DNA of 64,000 bases from Ignavibacteriales bacterium (GTDB lineage Bacteria; Bacteroidota; Ignavibacteria; UBA10030; SZUA-254), in contig JACRMQ010000007.1 of NCBI GenBank assembly GCA_016214905.1, positions 396,408-460,407 on the forward strand, read 5' to 3'. Numbering within the stretch: position 1 is the first letter of the stretch; every line of letters begins with the position of its first letter. The notes beneath the pieces were generated by a model. The model saw nothing but the letters and a program-made list of their open reading frames with translations. It did no database searches and was not told where the DNA came from. Below are positions 1 to 8,860 of the stretch, piece by piece. A program made the position numbers and the translations under genes.

Positions 1-1
1 A

Positions 2-694
2 ATTCTTTCGAGTTATGGACATGCAATTGCAATCAGGCATGATCTTGTTCCGGGTGAGGGAAATAAATATATGCGCGAAGTAGCTGAGCATGCAACCGTT
101 CCTGTTTTAAACATGCAGTGCGATATAGATCATCCGTTCCAGACACTCGCCGATCTCATGACTATTCGTGAAGAGTTCGGAAAAAATCTCCGCGGTAAAA
201 AGATTGCCGTCTCATGGGCTTACGCTCCAAGTTACGCCAAGCCGATGTCGGTGCCGCAGGGATTGATTACACTAATGCCGCGTTTCGGGCTCGACGTTGT
301 TCTTGCTCATCCGCCGGAATATAAATTGATGGACAGTGAAGTCGAGTACGCGAAGAAAGCCGCAAAAGAGAATGGAACAAAGTTTGAAATAGTAGATTCG
401 ATGGATGAGGCATTCGAAGGCGCTCATATCGTTTACCCAAAATCGTGGGGAATAGAATCTCTTTTCCATACTCCTGAAAAAGCTTTGGAGATCTCGAAGA
501 AATACAAATATTGGATTTGCGATGAAAAGAAAATGAAGTTGACAAAAAAAGATTCCATCTATATGCACTGTCTACCCGCCGACCGCGGATACGAAGTTAC
601 CGACGCGGTTATAGACGGTCCACATTCACGAGTATTTCCGGAAGCCGAAAACAGGCTACATACTTGTAAAGCAGTTATGGCATTGACTATGTAA
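2..694 (+). CDS. Ornithine carbamoyltransferase-family protein (OTCase / N-acyl-ornithine transcarbamylase), 5'-truncated by window edge
   Basis: Frame stays open back to nt 2. Carries the OTCase motifs PVLNM..DHPFQTLADL and the HCLP motif (MHCLPADRG). Confidence 0.75.
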   Translation: MLSSYGHAIAIRHDLVPGEGNKYMREVAEHATVPVLNMQCDIDHPFQTLADLMTIREEFGKNLRGKKIAVSWAYAPSYAKPMSVPQGLITLMPRFGLDVVLAHPPEYKLMDSEVEYAKKAAKENGTKFEIVDSMDEAFEGAHIVYPKSWGIESLFHTPEKALEISKKYKYWICDEKKMKLTKKDSIYMHCLPADRGYEVTDAVIDGPHSRVFPEAENRLHTCKAVMALTM

Positions 695-741
695 AAACAA
701 AGTTGATATATGATGTAGGATTTATGAGATAGGAGGAAGAA

Positions 742-1185
742 ATGGCTCAGAAACAAAATGGTGGTTACAATAGGTTAGATATATATCATCTTGCACACGA
801 TCTAGCTGTTAAGATTCACAAATTGACATTGAGTTTACCCAAACATGAAACATATGAGGAGGGAAGTCAGGTCAGAAGATCGTCAAAATCTATTGCCGCA
901 AATATTGTCGAGGGTTATGTTCTGAGAAAATATAAGAATGAGTATTCGCATTACCTGTATCGTGCTCACGCCTCAACGGAAGAAACTATTGAACATTTAA
1001 AGTTAATTGTTGAAACAAAATCTTCTATTGAAGTTCAACTATGTGAAGAATTATTGAGTGAATATAAAAGATTAAGTTCAATGGTTTTTCATTTTATTAG
1101 AGCAGTTGAAACCAAACACGAAACCCCACTCTTTTTAAGAGAAGATTCAATTAATTATTCAGTTAACGATTTTCATGCACCCTAA
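742..1185 (+). CDS. Four-helix-bundle protein (23S rRNA intervening-sequence protein family)
   Basis: 147 aa. Characteristic YNRLDIYHLAHDLAVKIHKLTLSLPKHETYEEGSQVRRSSKSIAANIVEGY signature. Strong AGGAGGA RBS upstream. Confidence 0.75.
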   Translation: MAQKQNGGYNRLDIYHLAHDLAVKIHKLTLSLPKHETYEEGSQVRRSSKSIAANIVEGYVLRKYKNEYSHYLYRAHASTEETIEHLKLIVETKSSIEVQLCEELLSEYKRLSSMVFHFIRAVETKHETPLFLREDSINYSVNDFHAP

Positions 1186-2326
1186 ATCCTACATCCTAAA
1201 TCCTAAATCTCCAATTTCCTCAGATATTTATCAAGAGATTCTCTCCGCGCTCGAGCATGAAGAGTCGATCATGCTTGCGACTATCATCTCAACATCAGGA
1301 TCCACACCGGCATCTGCTTTATCAAAAATGCTCATCAAAAATGGTGGAACGGTTTCGGTTGGAACTGTTGGCGGTGGATGCATGGAAGGTGAGGTGATTC
1401 TCCATGCCAACCGGTTGTACAACGCACGTAAAGCGGAAATTCTGACATTCGAGTTGAATGAAGATGATATAGAGAGCGGATTGATTTGCGGCGGCAATCT
1501 CGATATTCTTATCGAACCGATCACGAAAAATTTTATTCCAATATTTCAGAAACTAAAAACACTCCGGGATGACGAAGAAGATTGTATTGTTGGAACTCTT
1601 TTAAACAAGGATAATACAGTAGCGAGCAAAATAATCTTCAAGCGGAATAGTGGAGAGATGAATGAATGGATTGTTGACAACGCACTCAACAACTCAACTA
1701 CTCAACTACTTCCACACTCCATTACTCCATTAATCCAACAATCCATTTCCAGGGTTTATCAAAAGAATGAAATTATTAGATTAAAAACCGAATCAGGTGA
1801 AATCATTCTCGAACCAATTTCCAGCACACCAAGCTTGATAATCTTCGGTGGCGGACATGTATCTAAGTTCGTTTCGCAATCGGCGGTGATGGTTGGGTTT
1901 CGCGTTACGATTGTTGATGATCGTGAAAAGTACGCAAATCCCGATAGATTCCCCGAAGCGGCTCAAACTATTGTGTCCGATTTTTCAGAAGCATTCTCGA
2001 AATTAACAATCAAACCAACCACGTATATTGTTATCGTCACACGCGGTCATAGTTACGATGAATTAGTTCTGGAACAAGCGGTAAAAACTCCTGCAAAGTA
2101 TATCGGTATGATCGGGAGTAAACGAAAGGTGCTGAAAACTTATGATCATCTTCGCCAATGCGGAATCAAAGATGAACAACTTGAACGTGTCCATGCACCG
2201 ATCGGGATCGATATCGCTGCTGCAACGGCAGAGGAAATTGCGGTAAGCATTACTGCAGAACTTGTGCGAATTCGCCGTGGTTCTTTGAAACCACCGCGAC
2301 ATTTAAAAGAAGATCTCGGATTCTAA
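1175..2326 (+). CDS. XdhC/CoxI family molybdoenzyme maturation protein
   Basis: 383 aa. Rossmann-like GGGHVS motif (IIFGGGHVSKFVSQSAVMVGFRVTIVDDRE) and two-domain XdhC architecture. Overlaps the previous gene by 11 nt. Confidence 0.7.
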   Translation: MHPKSYILNPKSPISSDIYQEILSALEHEESIMLATIISTSGSTPASALSKMLIKNGGTVSVGTVGGGCMEGEVILHANRLYNARKAEILTFELNEDDIESGLICGGNLDILIEPITKNFIPIFQKLKTLRDDEEDCIVGTLLNKDNTVASKIIFKRNSGEMNEWIVDNALNNSTTQLLPHSITPLIQQSISRVYQKNEIIRLKTESGEIILEPISSTPSLIIFGGGHVSKFVSQSAVMVGFRVTIVDDREKYANPDRFPEAAQTIVSDFSEAFSKLTIKPTTYIVIVTRGHSYDELVLEQAVKTPAKYIGMIGSKRKVLKTYDHLRQCGIKDEQLERVHAPIGIDIAAATAEEIAVSITAELVRIRRGSLKPPRHLKEDLGF

Positions 2327-2419
2327 TTTGTAGTGAAATCTCCAATTTTATCCGGCAACATCTTCAGTTATTTTTTCGTATAGTATCTCAAGGTATTAAT
2401 TAAATATTCCAGAGGTATC

Positions 2420-4660
2420 ATGAAATCGAAATCCAGATATAATTTCAATACAAAATTGTTTTATATTTTTATTACCACTGTAATAATATCATCATTCTTA
2501 TTGCCGATTGAATTATGTTTTTCTCAGGAAGAAACGACGGAAAACTCTTTCCCCGCAACATCCATTTCACAATCTATTAAGACACCCATCATTGATGGAT
2601 TTCTAGACGACTCGATTTGGATAGCCGCATCTCACATTACGAATTTCACCCAGCGCGAACCGGAAGAAGGGATGCCTGCGTCGGAGAAAACAGATATTGC
2701 TATTTCGTTCGACACACATAATTTATACATCGGTATCCGATGCTACGATTCCCAGGTAGATCAGCTTGTTGCGAATGAAATGAGATACGATGTCGATCTT
2801 TCCGAGAACGACCGGATCGAAATTCTAATCGATACATTCAACGATGACAGAAATGCATTTTTATTTTCAACAAATCCTCTCGGTGTTCAGCGTGATGGTC
2901 TTGTTCGTAATGAAGGAGAAAATTTAAACTGGGACTGGAACGGAGTATGGTTCTGCGAAACTCAAATCGATTCTCTTGGCTGGACAGCCGAGTTTGCTAT
3001 TCCTTTCCGAACTCTTCGCTTCGATGAGAACGGAACCGGTGAATGGGGAATCAATTTCGCGAGATTTATTCTGCGAAACAGGGAAGAAATATTTTCAACA
3101 CCAATTTTGCGCGACTACGGACCTCTGGGACAGTATAAGGTTTCAAAATTCAGACATCTCTCAGGATTCAAAAATATTTCACAGGGAACAGGACTTCAAA
3201 TAAAACCTTATGTGGCAGGTGGATTAGAGGATGATAAATTTAGCGGAAATATAAGTATAACGAATGCCGGGATTGATTTAAAGTACAGCATTACCACTAA
3301 TCTAACTGCCGACCTTACGTTAAACACCGATTTCGCACAGGTTGAATCTGATCAGGAAAAAATAAATCTCACCCGCTTCGATTTATATTATCCCGAAAAA
3401 CGTGATTTCTTTTTAGAAGGAGCAGGCATTTTCTGGTTCGGCGAAAGATTTTCCGGCAATTATGATGCATCGTTGTTATTCTTCAGTCGAAGAATAGGAT
3501 TATCGAAAGATGGCAGCGTTAAGATTCCCCTGCTTGGAGGTCTGAGAACTACCGGAAAAATCGGTTCAACCGACCTGGGTCTGCTCAGCATAGTAACAGA
3601 TAAGAAAAAAATCACCGGTGATGATAACAGCGAAATTGAAATACCCTTGACAAACATTTCTATTCTCAGGGTGAAACAGCCTATACGTGGTCAATCGAGT
3701 GTGGGATTTATCGGAATAAATAAACAAGCATCAAAAACAGCATACAACAGAACAGCAGGAGCTGATTGGAATGTTTATCTGACCGAGCAATTACAAGTCG
3801 GCGGTTTCGCTGCCAAAACATTCGATTATGGAATTACTAGTAATAACGGCGCTGCGAATATAGATTTAAATTATATGACTGATGAAATTGAACTCCAAGC
3901 TCAATACATGACGATAGATAACGGTTTCAATCCTGAAGTAGGTTACATGCCGCGCACCGGAGTGAGAAAAATTTATATTAGTTCCGCCGTTGCAACTCGG
4001 CCCGGAATTCTGGGTATTCGAAAAACTTACCTTTACGGTGAATTTGCTTATCACTCTAATCCCGATTGGACGCTTCAATCCAGTTACAATCTGCTTTCAA
4101 GTTATACTGTTTTCGAAAACGGAAGCGAGTTATTTATAGGTGTTCCTTGGCAAAAAGAAATATTAACTGAAGATTTCTATATACGTGATGAAACAATTAT
4201 TCCGGCAGGTACATACAATTTTACACGATTCGTTGCAGACTATTATTCCGACAGGAGCCGACCGCTTTCCGGCAACATTACTGAAAAATTCGGAAATTTT
4301 TATAACGGGACAATCAATACGCTCGAATTTGGTACATCATGGAAGCCCAACATGAATTGGAAATTCAATATGAGTTATCAGCGTAACGACTTAAAATTGC
4401 CAGTAGCTAACGGAAATTTTGCAACAAACCTGCTGATCGGCAGAATCAACTGGGCAATGACAACGAAGGTATTCAGCAAGTTGTTTATGCAATGGAACAA
4501 CGCAGATAAAGATGTGAACCTGAACCTGCTGTTTAATTATCAATATCTTCCTAATTCCGATATTTATATTGTTTACAACGAGCAATGGAATGTTCGGCAT
4601 TCACCGCATATCAATAACCGGACGATTATTGCCAAGGTTACTTATTTATTAAATATCTGA
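2420..4660 (+). CDS. Secreted DUF5916 / carbohydrate-binding-family-9-like domain protein
   Basis: 746 aa with an N-terminal signal peptide. N-terminal CBM9-like block (IDGFLDDSIWIAASHITNFTQREPEEG...HNLYIGIRCYD) followed by a long beta-rich region typical of Bacteroidota DUF5916 proteins. Confidence 0.55.
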   Translation: MKSKSRYNFNTKLFYIFITTVIISSFLLPIELCFSQEETTENSFPATSISQSIKTPIIDGFLDDSIWIAASHITNFTQREPEEGMPASEKTDIAISFDTHNLYIGIRCYDSQVDQLVANEMRYDVDLSENDRIEILIDTFNDDRNAFLFSTNPLGVQRDGLVRNEGENLNWDWNGVWFCETQIDSLGWTAEFAIPFRTLRFDENGTGEWGINFARFILRNREEIFSTPILRDYGPLGQYKVSKFRHLSGFKNISQGTGLQIKPYVAGGLEDDKFSGNISITNAGIDLKYSITTNLTADLTLNTDFAQVESDQEKINLTRFDLYYPEKRDFFLEGAGIFWFGERFSGNYDASLLFFSRRIGLSKDGSVKIPLLGGLRTTGKIGSTDLGLLSIVTDKKKITGDDNSEIEIPLTNISILRVKQPIRGQSSVGFIGINKQASKTAYNRTAGADWNVYLTEQLQVGGFAAKTFDYGITSNNGAANIDLNYMTDEIELQAQYMTIDNGFNPEVGYMPRTGVRKIYISSAVATRPGILGIRKTYLYGEFAYHSNPDWTLQSSYNLLSSYTVFENGSELFIGVPWQKEILTEDFYIRDETIIPAGTYNFTRFVADYYSDRSRPLSGNITEKFGNFYNGTINTLEFGTSWKPNMNWKFNMSYQRNDLKLPVANGNFATNLLIGRINWAMTTKVFSKLFMQWNNADKDVNLNLLFNYQYLPNSDIYIVYNEQWNVRHSPHINNRTIIAKVTYLLNI

Positions 4661-4807
4661 TCGGGGAATCATCAACACACACGCGACTTGAATGCGGACA
4701 AATATCTTGCTTCCTCGATCGTTCATCCCTTTTTGGACATCACGCTTACTTAGATTATATTTCCTACAAATTAAATCCTAAATCTTGAAACGTGAATTCT
4801 TAATCAT

Positions 4808-5410
4808 ATGATCTCCGGAATTATACTCGCTGCGGGTTCATCCCGACGGATGGGAAGTCCGAAATCTCTCCTTAAAATCGGAGAGAAAACATTTTTGCAA
4901 CATATCGTCGATGTTCTTCACTCTGCTCGCGTTATCGATATCGTTATAATACTTGGCGCAGAGGCGGAAGAAATTCGGAAATCTCTTTCATGGTTCGATG
5001 GTAAAACAGTTGTCAATGAAGATTGGCAAAAAGGACAACTAACTTCGATCATAAAAGGAATCGATGCGTTGGATTTAAATTCAACGGAACCGGAAGAGAT
5101 TAATGGAGCAATGATTTGCCCGGTTGATCACCCGCTTCTTATACAATCACTTTTGGTAGATTTACTTCAGGGATATTGGACATCGAAGAAGAAAATTATT
5201 ATACCCACATTCAACAGTAGACGCGGACACCCGGTTATTTTTGATAAAAAATATTTTGACGAACTCCGGTCTGCTTCGCATGATGTCGGAGCGCGGTCTG
5301 TTATTCATAAACATTCTGATGATGTTTGCGAAGTTCCCGTAAATGAAGAAGGTGTTTTGATTAATATCGACACGCAGGAGGATTATTTAAAATACATTTT
5401 GAAGCATTAA
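4808..5410 (+). CDS. MobA-like NTP transferase (molybdenum cofactor cytidylyl/guanylyltransferase, MocA-like)
   Basis: 200 aa. N-terminal GIILAAGSSRRMGSPK nucleotidyltransferase motif. Lies near the XdhC gene. Confidence 0.7.
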   Translation: MISGIILAAGSSRRMGSPKSLLKIGEKTFLQHIVDVLHSARVIDIVIILGAEAEEIRKSLSWFDGKTVVNEDWQKGQLTSIIKGIDALDLNSTEPEEINGAMICPVDHPLLIQSLLVDLLQGYWTSKKKIIIPTFNSRRGHPVIFDKKYFDELRSASHDVGARSVIHKHSDDVCEVPVNEEGVLINIDTQEDYLKYILKH

Positions 5411-5484
5411 TAATTGTCAATGATTAATTGTTAATAGATAATTGTTAATGCTTATCATAAATAAATTGAGAATAAGAAATTATC

Positions 5485-7014
5485 ATGAATAACGGTTACC
5501 TCCTCGGTTACGATATAGGCAAGTCATTCATCAAAGCGACACTTCTTGAAAGTGAGAAAGGAAGCGTAGTTGCTTCTGCTGTTTCACCTGAGAGAGAACT
5601 GGAAACTATAACACCTGAGCAAGGGTGGGTTGAACAAGATCCGGTGCTCTGGTGGGAAAATGTAAAACTTGTAACTGCGATACTGAAGCAGCAAGCCGGT
5701 TCAAAACTCGATGATCTCCGGGCAATCGGAATATCATATCAGATGCACGGTTTGGTTCTTGTCGATAAAAATCTTGAACTGCTGCGTCTTGCTATTCTTG
5801 GTAGCGATAACCGTGCGGAAGAAATCGGACGGCAGGCATTTGAATCTCTTGGAGAAGAGATTTGCATTCAGCGGTTGCTGAATTCTCCCGGCAGCTTCAC
5901 AGCATCAAAATTAAAATGGGTGATGGAAAATGAATACAAGATTTACAAACAAATTCATAAGATGATGCTTCCCGGCGATTACATCGGCATGATGATGACC
6001 GGGGAAATTTTGACAACACCTTCGGGACTATCGGAAGGAATAATGTGGGATTTTACCGAAGATAAAATAGCAGAAATGATTTTAAGACAGTACAACATTC
6101 ACCCATTAGTAATTCCCGATGTTGTTCCGAATTTTTATGATCACGGTGTGCTTACTGCTAAAGCTGCCGGTGAGTTGGGATTGAAACCCGGCATCAAAGT
6201 AACTTACCGTGCGGGTGACCAGTTCAGCAATGCATTGTCGTTAAATGTGTTACAGCCCGCCGAATGTTCTATAACTGCCGGTACTGCAGGAACCATTTTT
6301 TGCGTAACCGATAAATCGCTTGGCGATTCGCGATCGAGGATTAATACTTTTCTGCATGTTAATCATCGCAAAACCGATCCACGATTTGGAATACTGATTG
6401 AAGTAAATGCCACAGGCGTTCTTTATAGCTGGTTGAAAAAAAATATTGTTACATTCGGAAGCGACACGCTCTCGTATAATCAGATGAACCGGCTCGCCGA
6501 GCTGATTCCCGCAGGTTCCGAAGGGTTAACTGTTCTTCCGTACGGAAACGGATCCGAAAGAACACTTGAAAACAAATCGATTGGTGCATCGATATGCAAT
6601 CTCGATTTGAACATACATTCGAAAGCACACATCTTGAGAGCGGGACAGGAAGGAATTGTTTTCGCGTTGAAGCACGGGAGGGAAACTATGTCGGCGTTGG
6701 GTGTGGAGATAAAAGAAATGCGTGCCGGGAATTCAAATTTGTTTCTCAGTCCCGTTTTCTGTGAAGCGTTTGTAACAACCATGAATACAAAAGTAACACT
6801 CTTTAATACGGACGGATCGGAAGGTGCGGCGCGAGGTGCGGGTATAGGTGCCGGAATTTTTAATTCATTCGATGAAGCATTCATCGGATTGAAGCCGGCG
6901 AAAGTTATTGAACCAAACTCCAAGAAGAGAGAAACTTACCTTGAAGCATATATGCGATGGCACGATATGTTAATTAAGTTCTTGCCCGACAGAGCAAGAT
7001 TAGATTATGAATGA
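5485..7014 (+). CDS. FGGY-family carbohydrate kinase (xylulokinase-like)
   Basis: 509 aa. FGGY N- and C-terminal motifs (LGYDIGKSFIKATLL, QMHGLVLVD, GDQFSNALS). Confidence 0.7.
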   Translation: MNNGYLLGYDIGKSFIKATLLESEKGSVVASAVSPERELETITPEQGWVEQDPVLWWENVKLVTAILKQQAGSKLDDLRAIGISYQMHGLVLVDKNLELLRLAILGSDNRAEEIGRQAFESLGEEICIQRLLNSPGSFTASKLKWVMENEYKIYKQIHKMMLPGDYIGMMMTGEILTTPSGLSEGIMWDFTEDKIAEMILRQYNIHPLVIPDVVPNFYDHGVLTAKAAGELGLKPGIKVTYRAGDQFSNALSLNVLQPAECSITAGTAGTIFCVTDKSLGDSRSRINTFLHVNHRKTDPRFGILIEVNATGVLYSWLKKNIVTFGSDTLSYNQMNRLAELIPAGSEGLTVLPYGNGSERTLENKSIGASICNLDLNIHSKAHILRAGQEGIVFALKHGRETMSALGVEIKEMRAGNSNLFLSPVFCEAFVTTMNTKVTLFNTDGSEGAARGAGIGAGIFNSFDEAFIGLKPAKVIEPNSKKRETYLEAYMRWHDMLIKFLPDRARLDYE

Positions 7015-7681
7015 TTATTACGCTGACAAACTTTCAGCCGATCGGCTGAAGCAGGTTTACGAAATAGCTCCGCCGCGTGTGCAACAATATTTTGTTGCGG
7101 AAGTAAATCACGTTTTAAAAAATATCAACAGAGGTGATATAGTTTTAGATTTGGGCTGCGGTTACGGACGAATTATTCCGTCTCTTTCGAAGCGGGCAAG
7201 ATCAGTTGTTGGTATCGATACTTCCTTTTCTAGTTTGCTGATGGGAAAAGAAATGCTTTCTGAAATTTCAAATTATAACCTGCTGCAAATGGATGCGTTG
7301 CATCTCGGTTTCCGCGACAATAGTTTTGATGTTGTTGTTTGTATTCAAAACGGAATTTCAGCTTTCCACATCGATCAGAAAGAACTAATCAAAGAAAGCA
7401 TCCGCGTAACAAAGCGGTGCGGATTGATTTTATTTTCAACATATTCGGAAAAATTCTGGAACCACCGGCTCGAATGGTTTCAACTGCAATCTGAAGCTGG
7501 ATTGTTAGGTGAGATCGATTATGAAAAAACTCGTAACGGTGTAATTGTTTGCAAAGATGGATTTATGGCAACAACTGCTCAACCGGAACAGTTTTTATCT
7601 TTGGTATCCGGTTTGAATGTTGAGGCGGAAATTGTAGAAGTAGATGAATCGAGTTTGTTTTGTGAGATGAGGAAGTTATAG
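7007..7681 (+). CDS. Class I SAM-dependent methyltransferase
   Basis: 224 aa. Motif I VLDLGCGYGRI. Overlaps the FGGY kinase gene by 8 nt, so likely translationally coupled. Confidence 0.7.
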   Translation: MNDYYADKLSADRLKQVYEIAPPRVQQYFVAEVNHVLKNINRGDIVLDLGCGYGRIIPSLSKRARSVVGIDTSFSSLLMGKEMLSEISNYNLLQMDALHLGFRDNSFDVVVCIQNGISAFHIDQKELIKESIRVTKRCGLILFSTYSEKFWNHRLEWFQLQSEAGLLGEIDYEKTRNGVIVCKDGFMATTAQPEQFLSLVSGLNVEAEIVEVDESSLFCEMRKL

Positions 7682-7685
7682 TCGG

Positions 7686-7790
7686 TGTCACGAACCCCCG
7701 CCTGTCATACCTGCGGCAGGTATGCTGTGGGCAGGATTTCGTGACACATAAGTGATATCATTGTGGGTGTCATGGTATGGACCATGACAC
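7686..7790. terminator. Nested palindromic element between convergent genes. Likely a bidirectional terminator or REP-like element.
   Basis: Three elements are visible. GTGTCACGAA...TTCGTGACAC is a 10-bp stem (7686-7695 / 7738-7747). It encloses the perfect palindrome CATACCTGCGGCAGGTATG (7706-7724). A second hairpin GTGTCATGG-tatgga-CCATGACAC sits at 7768-7790. Confidence 0.5.
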
Positions 7791-7802
7791 GGGTTGATTT
7801 TC

Positions 7803-8858
7803 CTATACCGCTTTCCGCTTACGCATTATAATAGAAACAACCAATAAAATGATGAGCAATAATATTATTCCACCTGTTACAATAAAAGCCCAGACATTAA
7901 CAATACGCGACGAAGCATGCATAACATAAGGGGCGACTTTTGCCTGATCGGGTGTGAACTTCCACGTAACACTGTTTCCTTGTACCGTATGTCCGTTTGA
8001 TTCTAACAGCAATCCCGTCATGGTTGTAGTATATTCCCATGAGTCGGGAAATTTTATCAGTTTTTCTTTGGCATCGGATGATTTTATGATTTGTAGAACA
8101 GCCGGACGCAGTTTCTCGGTGATCGCTTTGCCGAAAATTTCTGTTGCAATGTTCGAGAAAATGGTCAGCATAATCTGGTCTTCGGAAAGCGTTTTATCTA
8201 CAAAATTATTGTTGGCTTTCGATATTGAATCGTATTTGCTAAGCTGATATGAAAACTGTTCTTTATTTTCACGGAGAAGAGAGGCTGTAATCGCAGGATC
8301 ATTCAGCTTTTCTGCGTTTTCGATAAATATCATATAAATATCTTCAAACCTATCTTTTTCTATCCATGCCTCGACTTTCTTTTTCAAAACTTCATCGTTT
8401 TCACCGCGCTGGAATTGTTCTATCTCTTCCGTAGTCAGAAAATCTGTAACGGGTACATGCCCAAATGGATTTTTAAACAGATACTTCTCGTTGTAATCGA
8501 TATAAGTATAAAACCACTGAAATCGTTTTTCAATTGAAGCATCTATTCGCATCGCTCTGGAAACACTCTCCGATAAATATTCAGCACGGAATTCTTCAGG
8601 TGTTCTGAACGATTTGGTTGAAGTGTATTCATAAGGTGCACTTGTGTCATCGCTTGTTTTCCATTCAACCGTCCATCCGTCGGAACCCAACGGGAATGCT
8701 TTCTCAGGTACGTTTTTCGATTGCAGTTTCATTGAAATTGTTCGCACGCATGATCCGTCGCTGCTAATGATGGTTTTAACTTTTTCTTCGAGACATCCTG
8801 TCAGAGAAATCAGCAATGGCAGTAATAATGTGATTATTATTTTATTGTTCGGTTTCAT
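7803..8858 (-). CDS. Lipoprotein with C-terminal transmembrane anchor, unknown function, co-operonic with ECF sigma/anti-sigma
   Basis: 351 aa. Lipobox LLISLTGC at the N-terminus and a hydrophobic C-terminal helix. Immediately downstream of the anti-sigma gene. Confidence 0.5.
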   Translation of the reverse strand: MKPNNKIIITLLLPLLISLTGCLEEKVKTIISSDGSCVRTISMKLQSKNVPEKAFPLGSDGWTVEWKTSDDTSAPYEYTSTKSFRTPEEFRAEYLSESVSRAMRIDASIEKRFQWFYTYIDYNEKYLFKNPFGHVPVTDFLTTEEIEQFQRGENDEVLKKKVEAWIEKDRFEDIYMIFIENAEKLNDPAITASLLRENKEQFSYQLSKYDSISKANNNFVDKTLSEDQIMLTIFSNIATEIFGKAITEKLRPAVLQIIKSSDAKEKLIKFPDSWEYTTTMTGLLLESNGHTVQGNSVTWKFTPDQAKVAPYVMHASSRIVNVWAFIVTGGIILLLIILLVVSIIMRKRKAV

Positions 8859-8860
8859 AA

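Noticed and set aside
267-694. Antisense ORFs inside annotated genes, for example 267-545(-), 272-568(-), 1231-1524(-), 6480-6923(-), 17050-17418(-), 56515-56976(-) and many others in the track
   Set aside because: They lie entirely within longer ORFs on the opposite strand that have strong family signatures. They are shadow ORFs with no motif support.
7682-7802. tRNA or small structured RNA gene in the palindrome-rich spacer
   Set aside because: There is no T-loop GTTCRANYC, no cloverleaf and no anticodon arrangement. The structure is better explained as a terminator or REP-like palindrome.
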